From the IMG/VR virus record IMGVR_UViG_3300009156_000038: a DNA stretch of 53,156 nucleotides, one strand, 5' to 3'. Position numbers and translations under genes: made by a program. Below, piece by piece: positions 1 to 7,668 of the stretch. This stretch comes from a virus. The notes beneath the pieces were generated by a model. It saw nothing but the letters and a program-made list of their open reading frames with translations, had not been told where the DNA came from and ran no database searches. Position 1 is the stretch's first letter. Every line of letters begins with the position of its first letter.

Positions 1-123
1 TTGAGCCTGGGGGACTCAAGTCTCCTGGGGTGTCCTAGGAGGCTGGGATACGTCGGTGGCCGGTGGTGCTAATTGACACGGGGGGAGGGGGTGGTAGAGA
101 ATAGGAGGATGAGTGGAGTGGCA
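1..123. repeat. Left terminal inverted repeat (123 bp)
   Basis: 1..123 is the exact reverse complement of 53034..53156. Identity ends at position 124. It contains the small palindromes ttgag-N9-ctcaa (1-19) and ctcct-N10-aggag (22-41), and a direct cggtgg x2 (53-66). Confidence 0.97.
73..102 (+). promoter_or_regulatory. Sigma70-type promoter inside the left TIR
   Basis: TTGACA at 73-78, a G-rich spacer cggggggagggggtgg, and a -10-like TAGAGAAT at 95-102. The ATG at 109 lies about 7 nt after the -10, and AGGAGG abuts the ATG with zero spacing, so the transcript is probably leaderless. Confidence 0.6.
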
Positions 124-573
124 GGATTCGAGGTCCTGGCGATGATGGCGCAGGCCCCCAACGGGCTCTTCGGTGCCGTGAACCAGGCAGAGCAGGAGCT
201 ATGGCACGCCGGTGATGCGACGGAGGAAATGTGTACTAACGTTGACGTGATGAAGCTAGCCTGGTCCCGGCTCAACGAGGACCAGCGCGAGGAGGCGTTC
301 GAAGACCTGCTGCACGGGTACTGGTGTATGCGGCGGCACCTGAGCGAGCGGGTTGAGATGTTCGCCCGCGCCCGGGAAGCCGGTGACTCGTTCCTGGAGC
401 ACGACGACCTGGAGATCATCGAGTATTCGCTCAGCGTGGTCGACGGGGTTCCGCTCCAGGAGATCGACGACCTGGAAGGGATCAACGTCCCGTTGGACGC
501 CTTGGCCCGGCTGGTCAGTGAGGTCAAGTTGCTGCGAGCCCGCGAGGAACTGAGGAAGGGAGAGGGGCTGTGA
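109..573 (+). CDS. Hypothetical protein (154 aa), first gene of the left arm
   Basis: Same frame as ORF 73..573. The start is moved to ATG 109 because TTG 73 is the promoter -35. The first 5 codons (MSGVA) lie inside the TIR and are shared with the right-terminal gene. Confidence 0.7.
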   Translation: MSGVAGFEVLAMMAQAPNGLFGAVNQAEQELWHAGDATEEMCTNVDVMKLAWSRLNEDQREEAFEDLLHGYWCMRRHLSERVEMFARAREAGDSFLEHDDLEIIEYSLSVVDGVPLQEIDDLEGINVPLDALARLVSEVKLLRAREELRKGEGL

Positions 574-896
574 CCGGCAGCCAGGTATGGAACTGGATGC
601 GGCGGATCGAGGAGTCTTCGCTGCTGTGGGAACTGACGTTCATCTCCGCCGGGGTCGCTGCGGCCTCCCGGTGGCTGGAGTGGCCCGACACCCTGATCCG
701 GGTGGCCCTGGCGGTCGGGGCGGCGGCTTTCATCTGCGACACGATCCTGGCGGTGGCCCGGATCAAGGGGGAGATGGCCCGCGACAAGGAGGCCACCGAG
801 GCGCTGGTGGACGGCTGGTACCGGGTGGCTGAAGGCTACACCGCCGTGTACTACCGCGAGTTCAATCGGGTCTACATCTTCAAGGAGCCATCATGA
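570..896 (+). CDS. Hypothetical membrane protein (108 aa)
   Basis: ORF track. GTGA start/stop overlap with the upstream gene. Two hydrophobic stretches (LLWELTFISAGVAAA, VALAVGAAAFICDTILAVA). Confidence 0.7.
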   Translation: MTGSQVWNWMRRIEESSLLWELTFISAGVAAASRWLEWPDTLIRVALAVGAAAFICDTILAVARIKGEMARDKEATEALVDGWYRVAEGYTAVYYREFNRVYIFKEPS

Positions 897-1129
897 GGGA
901 CAGCCTGGTCAGGGTGATCCAGGAACTGGAAGGGGTCGACGATGCCACACGCGTCCAGGCGGCCGGGGTGCTGCAGGACGAGCTGCGCGAGGCCATGGGC
1001 ATGGTTGCGGCCATCCGGTCCGCGGCAGCGAAGGCCGCGGTGGCGGGTCACGGGTTGAGCGAGGCGGCGCGGCTGGCTGACCTGGATCCCGGTCGCCTGC
1101 AGGCCGTGGCGCTGGGGGGCGGCCGGTGA
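893..1129 (+). CDS. Hypothetical protein (78 aa)
   Basis: ORF track. ATGA overlap with the upstream stop. High third-position GC. Confidence 0.7.
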   Translation: MRDSLVRVIQELEGVDDATRVQAAGVLQDELREAMGMVAAIRSAAAKAAVAGHGLSEAARLADLDPGRLQAVALGGGR

Positions 1130-1422
1130 GCGAGACCTACTGGTGGGAGCTAGGTGACGACCCAGCCACGCAGGCGGCCATGGAGCAGGAGGGAGCCAGG
1201 ATTCAGGATCTTGTCGGCGACCTGGTGACCCTGGAGGTGCGCGACCACCTCCGGTATCCGCATGATTGCGTGGAGAACTGTTTCAACGGGGATGTGGCCG
1301 ACGCCCTTCTGGACAAGATGCCCGAGCCTCTGGTTCGAGCCTTGGCGCTGCATGCTGTCAGGGGTCTGGCCCGGGCGTACCTGTTCGACCATCCGGAAGA
1401 GATCATCGGGGAGGATGCGTGA
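1126..1422 (+). CDS. Hypothetical protein (98 aa)
   Basis: ORF track. GTGA overlap with the upstream stop. Confidence 0.7.
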   Translation: MSETYWWELGDDPATQAAMEQEGARIQDLVGDLVTLEVRDHLRYPHDCVENCFNGDVADALLDKMPEPLVRALALHAVRGLARAYLFDHPEEIIGEDA

Positions 1423-1682
1423 GGATACCTCAGGATCCGGTCATCGACGTGGTCCAGTTGCTCGACGATGTTGCGAGGCACCGCCGGTCCAGGCAGCACC
1501 GGCTGCGGTCGACCCGGGTGATCTCCCTGCAGACCGGGATCCCGCTGGCCACGGTGCAGTTGCATCTGAGGTCCGCGGACCAGCGTCCCGCGATGATCAC
1601 CGCGGACCATGCGTTCCGCTGGATGCTGTGGATGGGCAGGTACGACATCCGGGACTACCTGATCGAGGAGAACCTGCGGTGA
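1419..1682 (+). CDS. Hypothetical protein (87 aa), possible HTH
   Basis: Frame of ORF 1266..1682. In-frame GTG at 1419 overlaps the upstream stop (GTGA). The segment ISLQTGIPLATVQLHL resembles an HTH. Confidence 0.6.
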   Translation: MRIPQDPVIDVVQLLDDVARHRRSRQHRLRSTRVISLQTGIPLATVQLHLRSADQRPAMITADHAFRWMLWMGRYDIRDYLIEENLR

Positions 1683-1933
1683 CCGCGTACCACATCGACT
1701 GGGATCTGCTGCGCCTGCTGCTGCTGACCCGGATGGGCGAGGAGGGCGAGAACGTCTACTCCTTGTCCAAGCGGATCGGGATCCACCGGGACTCGATGGG
1801 CGGGTTCCTGTCGGGACGCTACACGCACCTGGATGCCCGCAACCTGGTGCATGTACTGACATATCTGAGCATTTACGATTGGCGTGAGGTGACGAAGGAA
1901 TATGAAGGAACCGACGAGTATCGAATTGGATAA
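1679..1933 (+). CDS. Hypothetical protein (84 aa), possible HTH
   Basis: Frame of ORF 1262..1933. GTG 1679 overlaps the upstream stop. The segment VYSLSKRIGIHRDSMGGFLSG resembles an HTH. Confidence 0.6.
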   Translation: MTAYHIDWDLLRLLLLTRMGEEGENVYSLSKRIGIHRDSMGGFLSGRYTHLDARNLVHVLTYLSIYDWREVTKEYEGTDEYRIG

Positions 1934-2093
1934 GGCGATCGTCCACGTGGTCAACAATCCAGATTTCACGCTGGAGATCATCGGCAGCCACGGCGCGAAA
2001 GCGTTGCTGGTGTCACCGGTCCTCATCCAGCGGTTGAGGGACCTTGGCATCCTCACCGTCACCAACCGGAAACCGTGGGACGGTGAGCCGTGA
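1902..2093 (+). CDS. Hypothetical protein (63 aa)
   Basis: ORF track. GAAGGA lies upstream of the ATG. Confidence 0.55.
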   Translation: MKEPTSIELDKAIVHVVNNPDFTLEIIGSHGAKALLVSPVLIQRLRDLGILTVTNRKPWDGEP

Positions 2094-2278
2094 CCGGCGA
2101 CTGGGGTCCACTCAACGGCGCCCTGCGGGAGCCGACGCAGCCGCTGTTCCAATTGGCCAAGGACCGCAGCGAGCCGCGGTCAACCCTACGGTCCCTGCTG
2201 GGATGCGCCACGGTGATCGCGGCCCTGGGGCTCGCGGCAGCGACCATCATCCTGGCGGTGGGGGTGGCGGTGAGGTGA
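2090..2278 (+). CDS. Small membrane protein (62 aa)
   Basis: ORF track. GTGA overlap. C-terminal hydrophobic helix VIAALGLAAATIILAVGVAV. Confidence 0.6.
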   Translation: MTGDWGPLNGALREPTQPLFQLAKDRSEPRSTLRSLLGCATVIAALGLAAATIILAVGVAVR

Positions 2279-2289
2279 ACGGGGATCGA

Positions 2290-2532
2290 ATGATGACGGA
2301 GGCGGATGTGATCCGCGGGGAACCGCTCCGGGAGCAGCGGTACTGGCTGGGGGTGTCTGGGCAACCGATGTCCCTGGTCACCCGGGAGGAATATATCCGG
2401 GCGGAACGGGCCGCCGGGTTCCGGAGCAAGTTCGGCCCCGACGAACCGGCAACCGCCGGGTTTTCTGCGGGGGCCATTTGCGGTCGCAAGGAGTTCTGGG
2501 CCCCGGAGCTGAAAAGGTGGGTGCAGGGATGA
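2290..2532 (+). CDS. Hypothetical protein (80 aa)
   Basis: Frame of ORF 2044..2532. First ATG after the upstream stop (MMTEADVIRGE...). Confidence 0.6.
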   Translation: MMTEADVIRGEPLREQRYWLGVSGQPMSLVTREEYIRAERAAGFRSKFGPDEPATAGFSAGAICGRKEFWAPELKRWVQG

Positions 2533-2720
2533 AATGGGATCCAGGTGTCGCTGCCGATGGCGAGAAACGTGAGATCAGGGTGGAAATAGGCGGGAACCGC
2601 GCCACGTATGGCTTCACCCTGGATTACGACACGGCGCATGAACTTCGGGACATGATCACCGACGCCTTGGAACACATCGAGGGCTGTGACCGTCGGAAGA
2701 ATCCCCCGGAGTTGCCATGA
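2529..2720 (+). CDS. Hypothetical protein (63 aa)
   Basis: Frame of ORF 2478..2720. ATG 2529 overlaps the upstream stop (ATGA). Confidence 0.6.
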   Translation: MKWDPGVAADGEKREIRVEIGGNRATYGFTLDYDTAHELRDMITDALEHIEGCDRRKNPPELP

Positions 2721-3103
2721 GGGTCGTCGTCACCAGCTATCGGCACTGGGCGCACCCGCGGGTCGTGTGGAACCGGATGCAGCGGTTGCAGGACTACTGC
2801 GCCATGCAGCGCACCGGCCTGGAAGTGGGGGTCGGGGACTGCCCCACCGGGGGGGACCTCTTCGTTCGCGACTGGGCGGTCACGGCTCCGGTACTGCTGC
2901 GGGTCTTCTATGCCGACTGGGCGACCCAGGGCCTTGCCGCCGGTCCCATCCGGAACAAGAACATGATCGACACGATGCTGCGGGAAGGCGGCCTCGACCA
3001 GGTCATCGCGTTCATGGACCCCGCATCCAAAGGCGCCAGGCAGTGCGCCGAGTACGCCGAGTCCCTGGGGATACCGGTGGACAGGATCTGGCCGAACTCA
3101 TGA
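2717..3103 (+). CDS. DUF2493 / SLOG-superfamily protein (128 aa)
   Basis: MRVVVTSYRHW...GVGDCPTGGDLFVRDWA...YADWATQGLAAGPIRNKNMID...VIAF matches my recollection of the phage DUF2493 pattern. Confidence 0.7.
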   Translation: MRVVVTSYRHWAHPRVVWNRMQRLQDYCAMQRTGLEVGVGDCPTGGDLFVRDWAVTAPVLLRVFYADWATQGLAAGPIRNKNMIDTMLREGGLDQVIAFMDPASKGARQCAEYAESLGIPVDRIWPNS

Positions 3104-3122
3104 TCCCGAAAGGATACGAGTC

Positions 3123-3413
3123 ATGACGAAGATCGAACGCCTGCCCTGTCGGCAGGAGCTGAACTTCCACTATGACGAAGAACAGGGCACCCTCATCTAT
3201 CCCGGGGGGCATCACGATATCCTCCAGGTCATGGCCGTGGGCACCGACGGCGCCGTCCACACCACCCAGGCGGCTCTGGTCGCCGGGCTCCTCGACAAGG
3301 ATGAGCGCCACCTGGAGACCGTCTACTCCCGGCTGGAGGCGCACCTGGAGGCCAGGATGCGGGGTGCGGGGGTGTGGGATGCCGGGGAGGCCGACGAGGC
3401 CCAGGGCACCTAA
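3123..3413 (+). CDS. Hypothetical protein (96 aa)
   Basis: ORF track. Consistent strand and codon bias. Confidence 0.65.
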   Translation: MTKIERLPCRQELNFHYDEEQGTLIYPGGHHDILQVMAVGTDGAVHTTQAALVAGLLDKDERHLETVYSRLEAHLEARMRGAGVWDAGEADEAQGT

Positions 3414-3582
3414 GTGTGGTTGCGGGAAGCGGAAGTTCGCGACCCAGGACAAGGCCATCACTCAGGTGCTGTGGCGTCAGACGAACCGCGGGGCACCTGC
3501 CCTCAACATCTACGATTGCCCTGAGGGCGGCGGCTTCCACATCTCGTCCAGGGTGAACGTGAAAGGCAAGAAGGCCAAGTAG
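3379..3582 (+). CDS. Small basic Cys-containing protein (67 aa), zinc-ribbon-like; start uncertain
   Basis: Frame of ORF 3172..3582. ATG 3379 is the last in-frame start and overlaps the upstream gene by 35 nt. Motif KCGCGKRKF...YDCPEGGGFH. Confidence 0.5.
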   Translation: MPGRPTRPRAPKCGCGKRKFATQDKAITQVLWRQTNRGAPALNIYDCPEGGGFHISSRVNVKGKKAK

Positions 3583-3590
3583 ATGCCTAG

Positions 3591-3619
3591 TTGACACGAC
3601 CCCCTCCCCTAGCTACTAT
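3591..3619 (+). promoter_or_regulatory. Sigma70-type promoter
   Basis: TTGACA at 3591-3596, a 17-nt spacer cgaccccctcccctagc, and TACTAT at 3614-3619. The downstream gene has RBS AGGGGAGG and ATG 3655. Confidence 0.65.
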
Positions 3620-3654
3620 TTGGCCACTAGCCGAAGTAACTAGGGGAGGCTCAT

Positions 3655-3894
3655 ATGGAACCTGCCATCCGGTTCGCTGCCAGTCAAGCCCAGGCAGCCC
3701 GGGGCACCGTCGTCAGAGGGTTGGGGGCCGTGGCGGAGGAGATCGCCAAGCTGCAGCACTTCCTGCAGGAGCCTGGATTCCTTGACCCGGAACAGGTGGA
3801 CTACGACCTCACCGGCATCGTCGCGGATCTGCAGACCATTCAGCGCCAGGCTCTGCGCTGGCGACTCATGGACCTGGTGACCAATGCTCGATGA
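3655..3894 (+). CDS. Hypothetical protein (79 aa)
   Basis: ORF track. Strong RBS aggggagg 7 nt upstream. Confidence 0.7.
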   Translation: MEPAIRFAASQAQAARGTVVRGLGAVAEEIAKLQHFLQEPGFLDPEQVDYDLTGIVADLQTIQRQALRWRLMDLVTNAR

Positions 3895-4165
3895 CCAGAC
3901 CCGGGCCGAATGCATCCGGCTCGAAGCCATGGCCCGCCGCAACGGCTGGGACCTGTGGGAGACCCTGGAGCGTGGCGGGATCGTTTTGTCCTTGGATCGA
4001 CGGGCGATGGTGGAACGCGGCACTGTGGCCGCCCTGCTGGTGCAACTGGAAGACATCCCCCACACGGCTTTCCCGGAGCTGGTGAAAGGAAACCAGACGG
4101 TGACCGGCGCCGTGAACGGGGTCGTCAAGTTCATCGAACTGTTCGCGAAGGGACTGGAGTCGTGA
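3884..4165 (+). CDS. Hypothetical protein (93 aa)
   Basis: ORF track. Short overlap with the upstream gene. Confidence 0.65.
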   Translation: MLDDQTRAECIRLEAMARRNGWDLWETLERGGIVLSLDRRAMVERGTVAALLVQLEDIPHTAFPELVKGNQTVTGAVNGVVKFIELFAKGLES

Positions 4166-4359
4166 CCGACCTGTGCCCGCGGGAGATCGACGTCTTGAGA
4201 CTGATAGCCGAAGGATACGACAACCGCAGGATCGCCGAGACTCTGCACATCAGCATTCACACGGTGAAAGGCTACCGGATTACGGCCAAGCAGAAGATGG
4301 GGGCCCTCAACTGTTACCACCTGGTGACCTTGGGTTTCCGGTCGGGGGTGCTGGCGTGA
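4162..4359 (+). CDS. LuxR/GerE-family HTH DNA-binding protein (65 aa)
   Basis: GTG 4162 overlaps the upstream stop. LCPREIDVLRLIAEGYDNRRIAETLHISIHTVKGYRITAKQKMG is a typical GerE-type HTH. Confidence 0.8.
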   Translation: MTDLCPREIDVLRLIAEGYDNRRIAETLHISIHTVKGYRITAKQKMGALNCYHLVTLGFRSGVLA

Positions 4360-4604
4360 GGCGCCTGTCGCTGGCCCGGGACCGGGAACTGCGGCACGTG
4401 GCCGCCGGTCACGTGGCCTGGCGGTGGAGCTGGCTGCGCAATTGCTGGTATTCCTGGTGCCGGGTGTGCTCCCGGGACGTCAGTAAGCAGATCGACTGGC
4501 TCATCGGAGTCGACTACGTCCAGGCATGTGGCGGCCCTGTTGCTCCCGTTAATGTCCAGCCCGCGGGGCTGGTAGATCGCTACTTGGAAAGGTATCCACG
4601 ATGA
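4356..4604 (+). CDS. Hypothetical Trp/Cys-rich protein (82 aa)
   Basis: Frame of ORF 4173..4604. GTG 4356 overlaps the upstream stop (GTGA). Confidence 0.55.
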   Translation: MRRLSLARDRELRHVAAGHVAWRWSWLRNCWYSWCRVCSRDVSKQIDWLIGVDYVQACGGPVAPVNVQPAGLVDRYLERYPR

Positions 4605-4822
4605 AGAAGTTCCTTCTGCTCCTGGCGGACCTGCCGACACCGCAGTTCCCAGACCGGTGGTTCAGGTACGCCGACCACTACTTCCGTAGGGGCCGTCACC
4701 ATGACCGGCCGGGATCGGTCAGCGGGTACGCCCTGAGGGCCCAGTTGAAGGTGACGCTGGATCACTGGTACGAGGTATATGCGACCCAGGGCATCGAGGC
4801 GGCTATTGCCCTAAACTGTTAG
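4601..4822 (+). CDS. Hypothetical protein (73 aa)
   Basis: ORF track. ATGA overlap. Confidence 0.6.
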   Translation: MKKFLLLLADLPTPQFPDRWFRYADHYFRRGRHHDRPGSVSGYALRAQLKVTLDHWYEVYATQGIEAAIALNC

Positions 4823-4823
4823 G

Positions 4824-5075
4824 GTGAAGCGCCCGGAGAGCCCCAATGATCTTGTTTGTGACACTTGTCCAGCTCGCTACCCGGATGTCGGGGACATCAC
4901 GACCGCCAGGGCCCGAGCGCGGGGATGGCACGTCTACCGCGGGCTCTCGATGACCGGGGCGCCCATCAGCAAGACCCTGTGTGAGCAGTGCGTGGACCGA
5001 GGTAAGCCGATGCGTCCCCGCAGTACCGCGGTGATGGTGGATCAGATGGAACTGTTCGAAAAGGAAGATCGATGA
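4824..5075 (+). CDS. Zinc-ribbon-like protein (83 aa)
   Basis: ORF track. CDTC...CEQC pairs (CxxC-N46-CxxC). Confidence 0.6.
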   Translation: MKRPESPNDLVCDTCPARYPDVGDITTARARARGWHVYRGLSMTGAPISKTLCEQCVDRGKPMRPRSTAVMVDQMELFEKEDR

Positions 5076-5461
5076 CTCATACCGCTACGGCAACGAAGCC
5101 CCCGGCCGATCTCACCGTCATCCGGGAGAAGATCGACAACTACCGCAACGCGCGGGAGCGGGTCCGGGAGTACCGGCGCAACCTCAAGGAATGGGAGGAC
5201 TACGTCAAGCGCCTGGAGCGGGAGATCGCCCTGGCTATGGGAGGCTCGGCTCTGGGCACCATCGACGGCCGGGACGCGGTCACCTACGAGCCCCGTGACC
5301 AGTTCGCCCACGCCCAGTTCCTGAAGGACCACCCGGACCTGGCGATGGCGTACATGGTTCCCGCGGAGCCGACCCTGGAGCTGGACTGGCGGACCCTGGT
5401 GGCCCGGGAGCCCGGGGTCGCCGGTCCCTACCAGACCAAGATCATGAAAGTGGTCGGCTGA
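5072..5461 (+). CDS. Hypothetical protein (129 aa)
   Basis: ORF track. ATGA overlap. Charged coiled-coil-like N-terminus. Confidence 0.7.
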   Translation: MTHTATATKPPADLTVIREKIDNYRNARERVREYRRNLKEWEDYVKRLEREIALAMGGSALGTIDGRDAVTYEPRDQFAHAQFLKDHPDLAMAYMVPAEPTLELDWRTLVAREPGVAGPYQTKIMKVVG

Positions 5462-6027
5462 TGGTCAACAAGTCCGGAAGGATCGGCGCAGAAGCCGAAA
5501 CCTGGGTCGTGGAGTACATGAGCAAACGCGGATGGCCCAACGCCGATAGGCGCAAGACCAACGGAGCCAAGGACCGCGGCGACGTCAACTCGGGGCAGTC
5601 GAAACTCGTGGTCGAGGTCAAAGCTGACAAGGGGCTCAACTACTCCGAGTTCCTGCGGCAGACCGAGAAGGAACGGGTCGAAGCCGGAGCCGCCGTGGGC
5701 GTCTGCGTCGTCAAGCCACCCGGAGTGGGTAAAAGGACCATGCACCGGTGGTGGATGCTGATGGCCAGCGGAACCTACGACGCCCTGAGGATGATGGCCG
5801 GTCCGGAGAACTTCGCGGCCTGGTTCGACGACGGGAGCACCCTGCCGGGCCGGGCCTTCCATCCAGGCAGATGCCTGGCCCATGCCGCCGAAGGGCTGCA
5901 GTCGTTCCCCGGCACCATGCTGAAACCAGGCGCCAGCAAAATCTTCAGGACCGGCTGGGACGGGCGGTTCCTGTACCTGCCGGACGGCCTGGAACTGCTC
6001 CGGCTGGCCGGATTGGCGGTGGACTGA
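5461..6027 (+). CDS. PD-(D/E)XK nuclease, Holliday-junction-resolvase-like (188 aa)
   Basis: GAEAETWVVEYMSKRGW...DRGDV...LVVEVKA fits a D...(D/E)xK nuclease core of the kind annotated as resolvase in actinophages. Confidence 0.65.
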   Translation: MVNKSGRIGAEAETWVVEYMSKRGWPNADRRKTNGAKDRGDVNSGQSKLVVEVKADKGLNYSEFLRQTEKERVEAGAAVGVCVVKPPGVGKRTMHRWWMLMASGTYDALRMMAGPENFAAWFDDGSTLPGRAFHPGRCLAHAAEGLQSFPGTMLKPGASKIFRTGWDGRFLYLPDGLELLRLAGLAVD

Positions 6028-6233
6028 TGATCCCCAGGGACGACAACGGCAACGTCAGCATCGCGATCAGGGCGGGGACCATCGAGGCACTGCTGGACCA
6101 CATCAAGCAGCGCGGCGTCCAGGCCCACGGGCACCACTCGCACTGGAACGAAGGTGCCGGGGACTTCAAGGAGTGCATCCGCGAAGACTGCCGGGAGGTC
6201 CGGGGACTGCTGGAGCCGTGGGAATGGCTGTGA
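6027..6233 (+). CDS. Hypothetical His/Cys-containing protein (68 aa)
   Basis: Frame of ORF 5748..6233. ATG 6027 overlaps the last base of the upstream stop codon (6025-6027). Confidence 0.55.
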   Translation: MIPRDDNGNVSIAIRAGTIEALLDHIKQRGVQAHGHHSHWNEGAGDFKECIREDCREVRGLLEPWEWL

Positions 6234-6505
6234 CCCCCGACGATCCCGCTTTCACGGACCGGCGGTTCCATGTGCTGCTGGCCGCCAAGACCCCCGGCAA
6301 GGTGTGGCGCAGGCGTGGGGAGGACTACCTCCTCACGTCGGCCGGGACGATAGAGACCGTCACCGGTGTGACCCGGTGGCTGCAGGACAGCCAGTTACTC
6401 AAAGAGGGCCCGGCCCGGGCTCTCGGGGGCCGCATGCTGGTCCCCACGGTTGATGGAGGGACGCTGCTGCGGCAGCGTTTGCATCTGATGGAGGAGAAGA
6501 AGTGA
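6224..6505 (+). CDS. Hypothetical protein (93 aa)
   Basis: Frame of ORF 6173..6505. ATG 6224 (MAVTPDD...). Confidence 0.6.
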   Translation: MAVTPDDPAFTDRRFHVLLAAKTPGKVWRRRGEDYLLTSAGTIETVTGVTRWLQDSQLLKEGPARALGGRMLVPTVDGGTLLRQRLHLMEEKK

Positions 6506-7014
6506 ACGAAATGAACGATGCTGAGCGCCTGGCGGCGAAGTTCGCCCAGGTCGACGGGGTCGACGTGGTGGACCTCAAGCCCGCCCGTTCCCCGCTGTCC
6601 GAGACCCCGAACGTGGGTGGCGCGGAGGTCGTCTTCAAGAAGGCCGTCGTACTGCAACTGGCCGACGGCAGCGTCCGGTACGGGTGCACCTGGGAGGACT
6701 GCACCTTCACGGGCGAGAGCAGCGGGGCGATCATCAGCGGCCACTGGAAAGTCCACGAGATCACCCCCGACCTGCGGCGCGTACCGTTCAAGGACTGGAC
6801 CCTGGAGCAGATCCTGGGCCGCCTGATGGACGCCGACGCCGACATCAATGCGCTGATGGCTCAGCGGGACCGGATCCTGCTCCGGCGCAACAACACCGAC
6901 AAGATGGACGCCCTGAAGGCGGAGAACAAGGAGCTGAGGGCCAAGGTCGACTCGTATGAGCGGGCCCTGAAGACCCTCGGCAAGCTCATCCCGTCCGTCA
7001 ACCCCGGAGACTGA
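6502..7014 (+). CDS. Hypothetical protein with C-terminal coiled coil (170 aa)
   Basis: ORF track. GTGA overlap. Last + strand gene of the left arm; it converges on the late operon. Confidence 0.7.
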   Translation: MNEMNDAERLAAKFAQVDGVDVVDLKPARSPLSETPNVGGAEVVFKKAVVLQLADGSVRYGCTWEDCTFTGESSGAIISGHWKVHEITPDLRRVPFKDWTLEQILGRLMDADADINALMAQRDRILLRRNNTDKMDALKAENKELRAKVDSYERALKTLGKLIPSVNPGD

Positions 7015-7342
7015 ACACCCGGATAGCGACACCGGCCCCGGACGCATTCAACAGCAGCTCCGCCCCGTACACCGACACCGGGAAAGGCCCGGCACGGTAG
7101 ATACCGTTGGCGGGGAGCGAGTAGATGCGGTCCGGGGCCACCAGGTCCAGGTCCACGCCGCCCGGGATGTCGACAGTGACGGTCCGGGCCACGCCACCGG
7201 TCAACGTCAGCTCCAGCTCCGTGTAGCCGTCGTTGCCGCAGATGTTGCCGTTGGCCACGTCCATCGCCACCGGCGGCGTGGTCACACTGGAGATGAGGGT
7301 GAACCGGTCCTGGTGGATGACCCTGAGGATCGTGCGCGCCAT
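6998..7342 (-). CDS. Hypothetical protein (114 aa), last gene of the late operon
   Basis: ORF track. Very high third-position GC from ATG 7342. Confidence 0.65.
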   Translation of the reverse strand: MARTILRVIHQDRFTLISSVTTPPVAMDVANGNICGNDGYTELELTLTGGVARTVTVDIPGGVDLDLVAPDRIYSLPANGIYRAGPFPVSVYGAELLLNASGAGVAIRVFSLRG

Positions 7343-7668
7343 CGGGCACCCCTGTTCGGATGGTTGTGCGGCTCCCGGCGCAGGACCGAGACTTCCGAGA
7401 TCAGTCTAAGAGGTACCGAGGTCGCCAGTTGTATGTCGGCGAGAAGTTTCCTGGCCCGCCAGCGTACCCGCCACTGGTCTTTGCTGCTGATCGTCACCGA
7501 GAACCGCAGAATCCCGTACAGGCTGCCGGTCACTGTCGGCTCGGAGAAGAACTGCGGCTTCGTGGCGCAGACCCGCATCAGGGAGCACAGGGCCTGCTCC
7601 GCCAGTTCCCTGGCGTCGCCACGGTCCGCGGGGCGGTGCTCCCAGGTGTAGCGCCTATGACACGGCAC
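7282..7668 (-). CDS. Hypothetical protein (~128 aa); start uncertain
   Basis: Frame of ORF 7282..7770 has high GC3 from about 7668. GTG 7668 overlaps the lysin stop; ATG 7578 is the alternative. The 3' end overlaps the next gene by 61 nt. Confidence 0.4.
   Translation of the reverse strand: MPCHRRYTWEHRPADRGDARELAEQALCSLMRVCATKPQFFSEPTVTGSLYGILRFSVTISSKDQWRVRWRARKLLADIQLATSVPLRLISEVSVLRREPHNHPNRGARWRARSSGSSTRTGSPSSPV

Noticed and set aside
6-30. Short direct repeats (cctgggg x2) in the termini as a possible CRISPR-like or iteron array.
   Set aside because: There are only two copies with no regular spacer structure. They are better treated as part of the telomere-like palindromic region.
4356-4604. 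WhiB-like Fe-S regulator, because of the Cys/Trp-rich sequence NCWYSWCRVC.
   Set aside because: The Cys spacing does not match the WhiB C-Xn-C-X2-C-X5-C pattern, and the C-terminal basic turn motif is missing.
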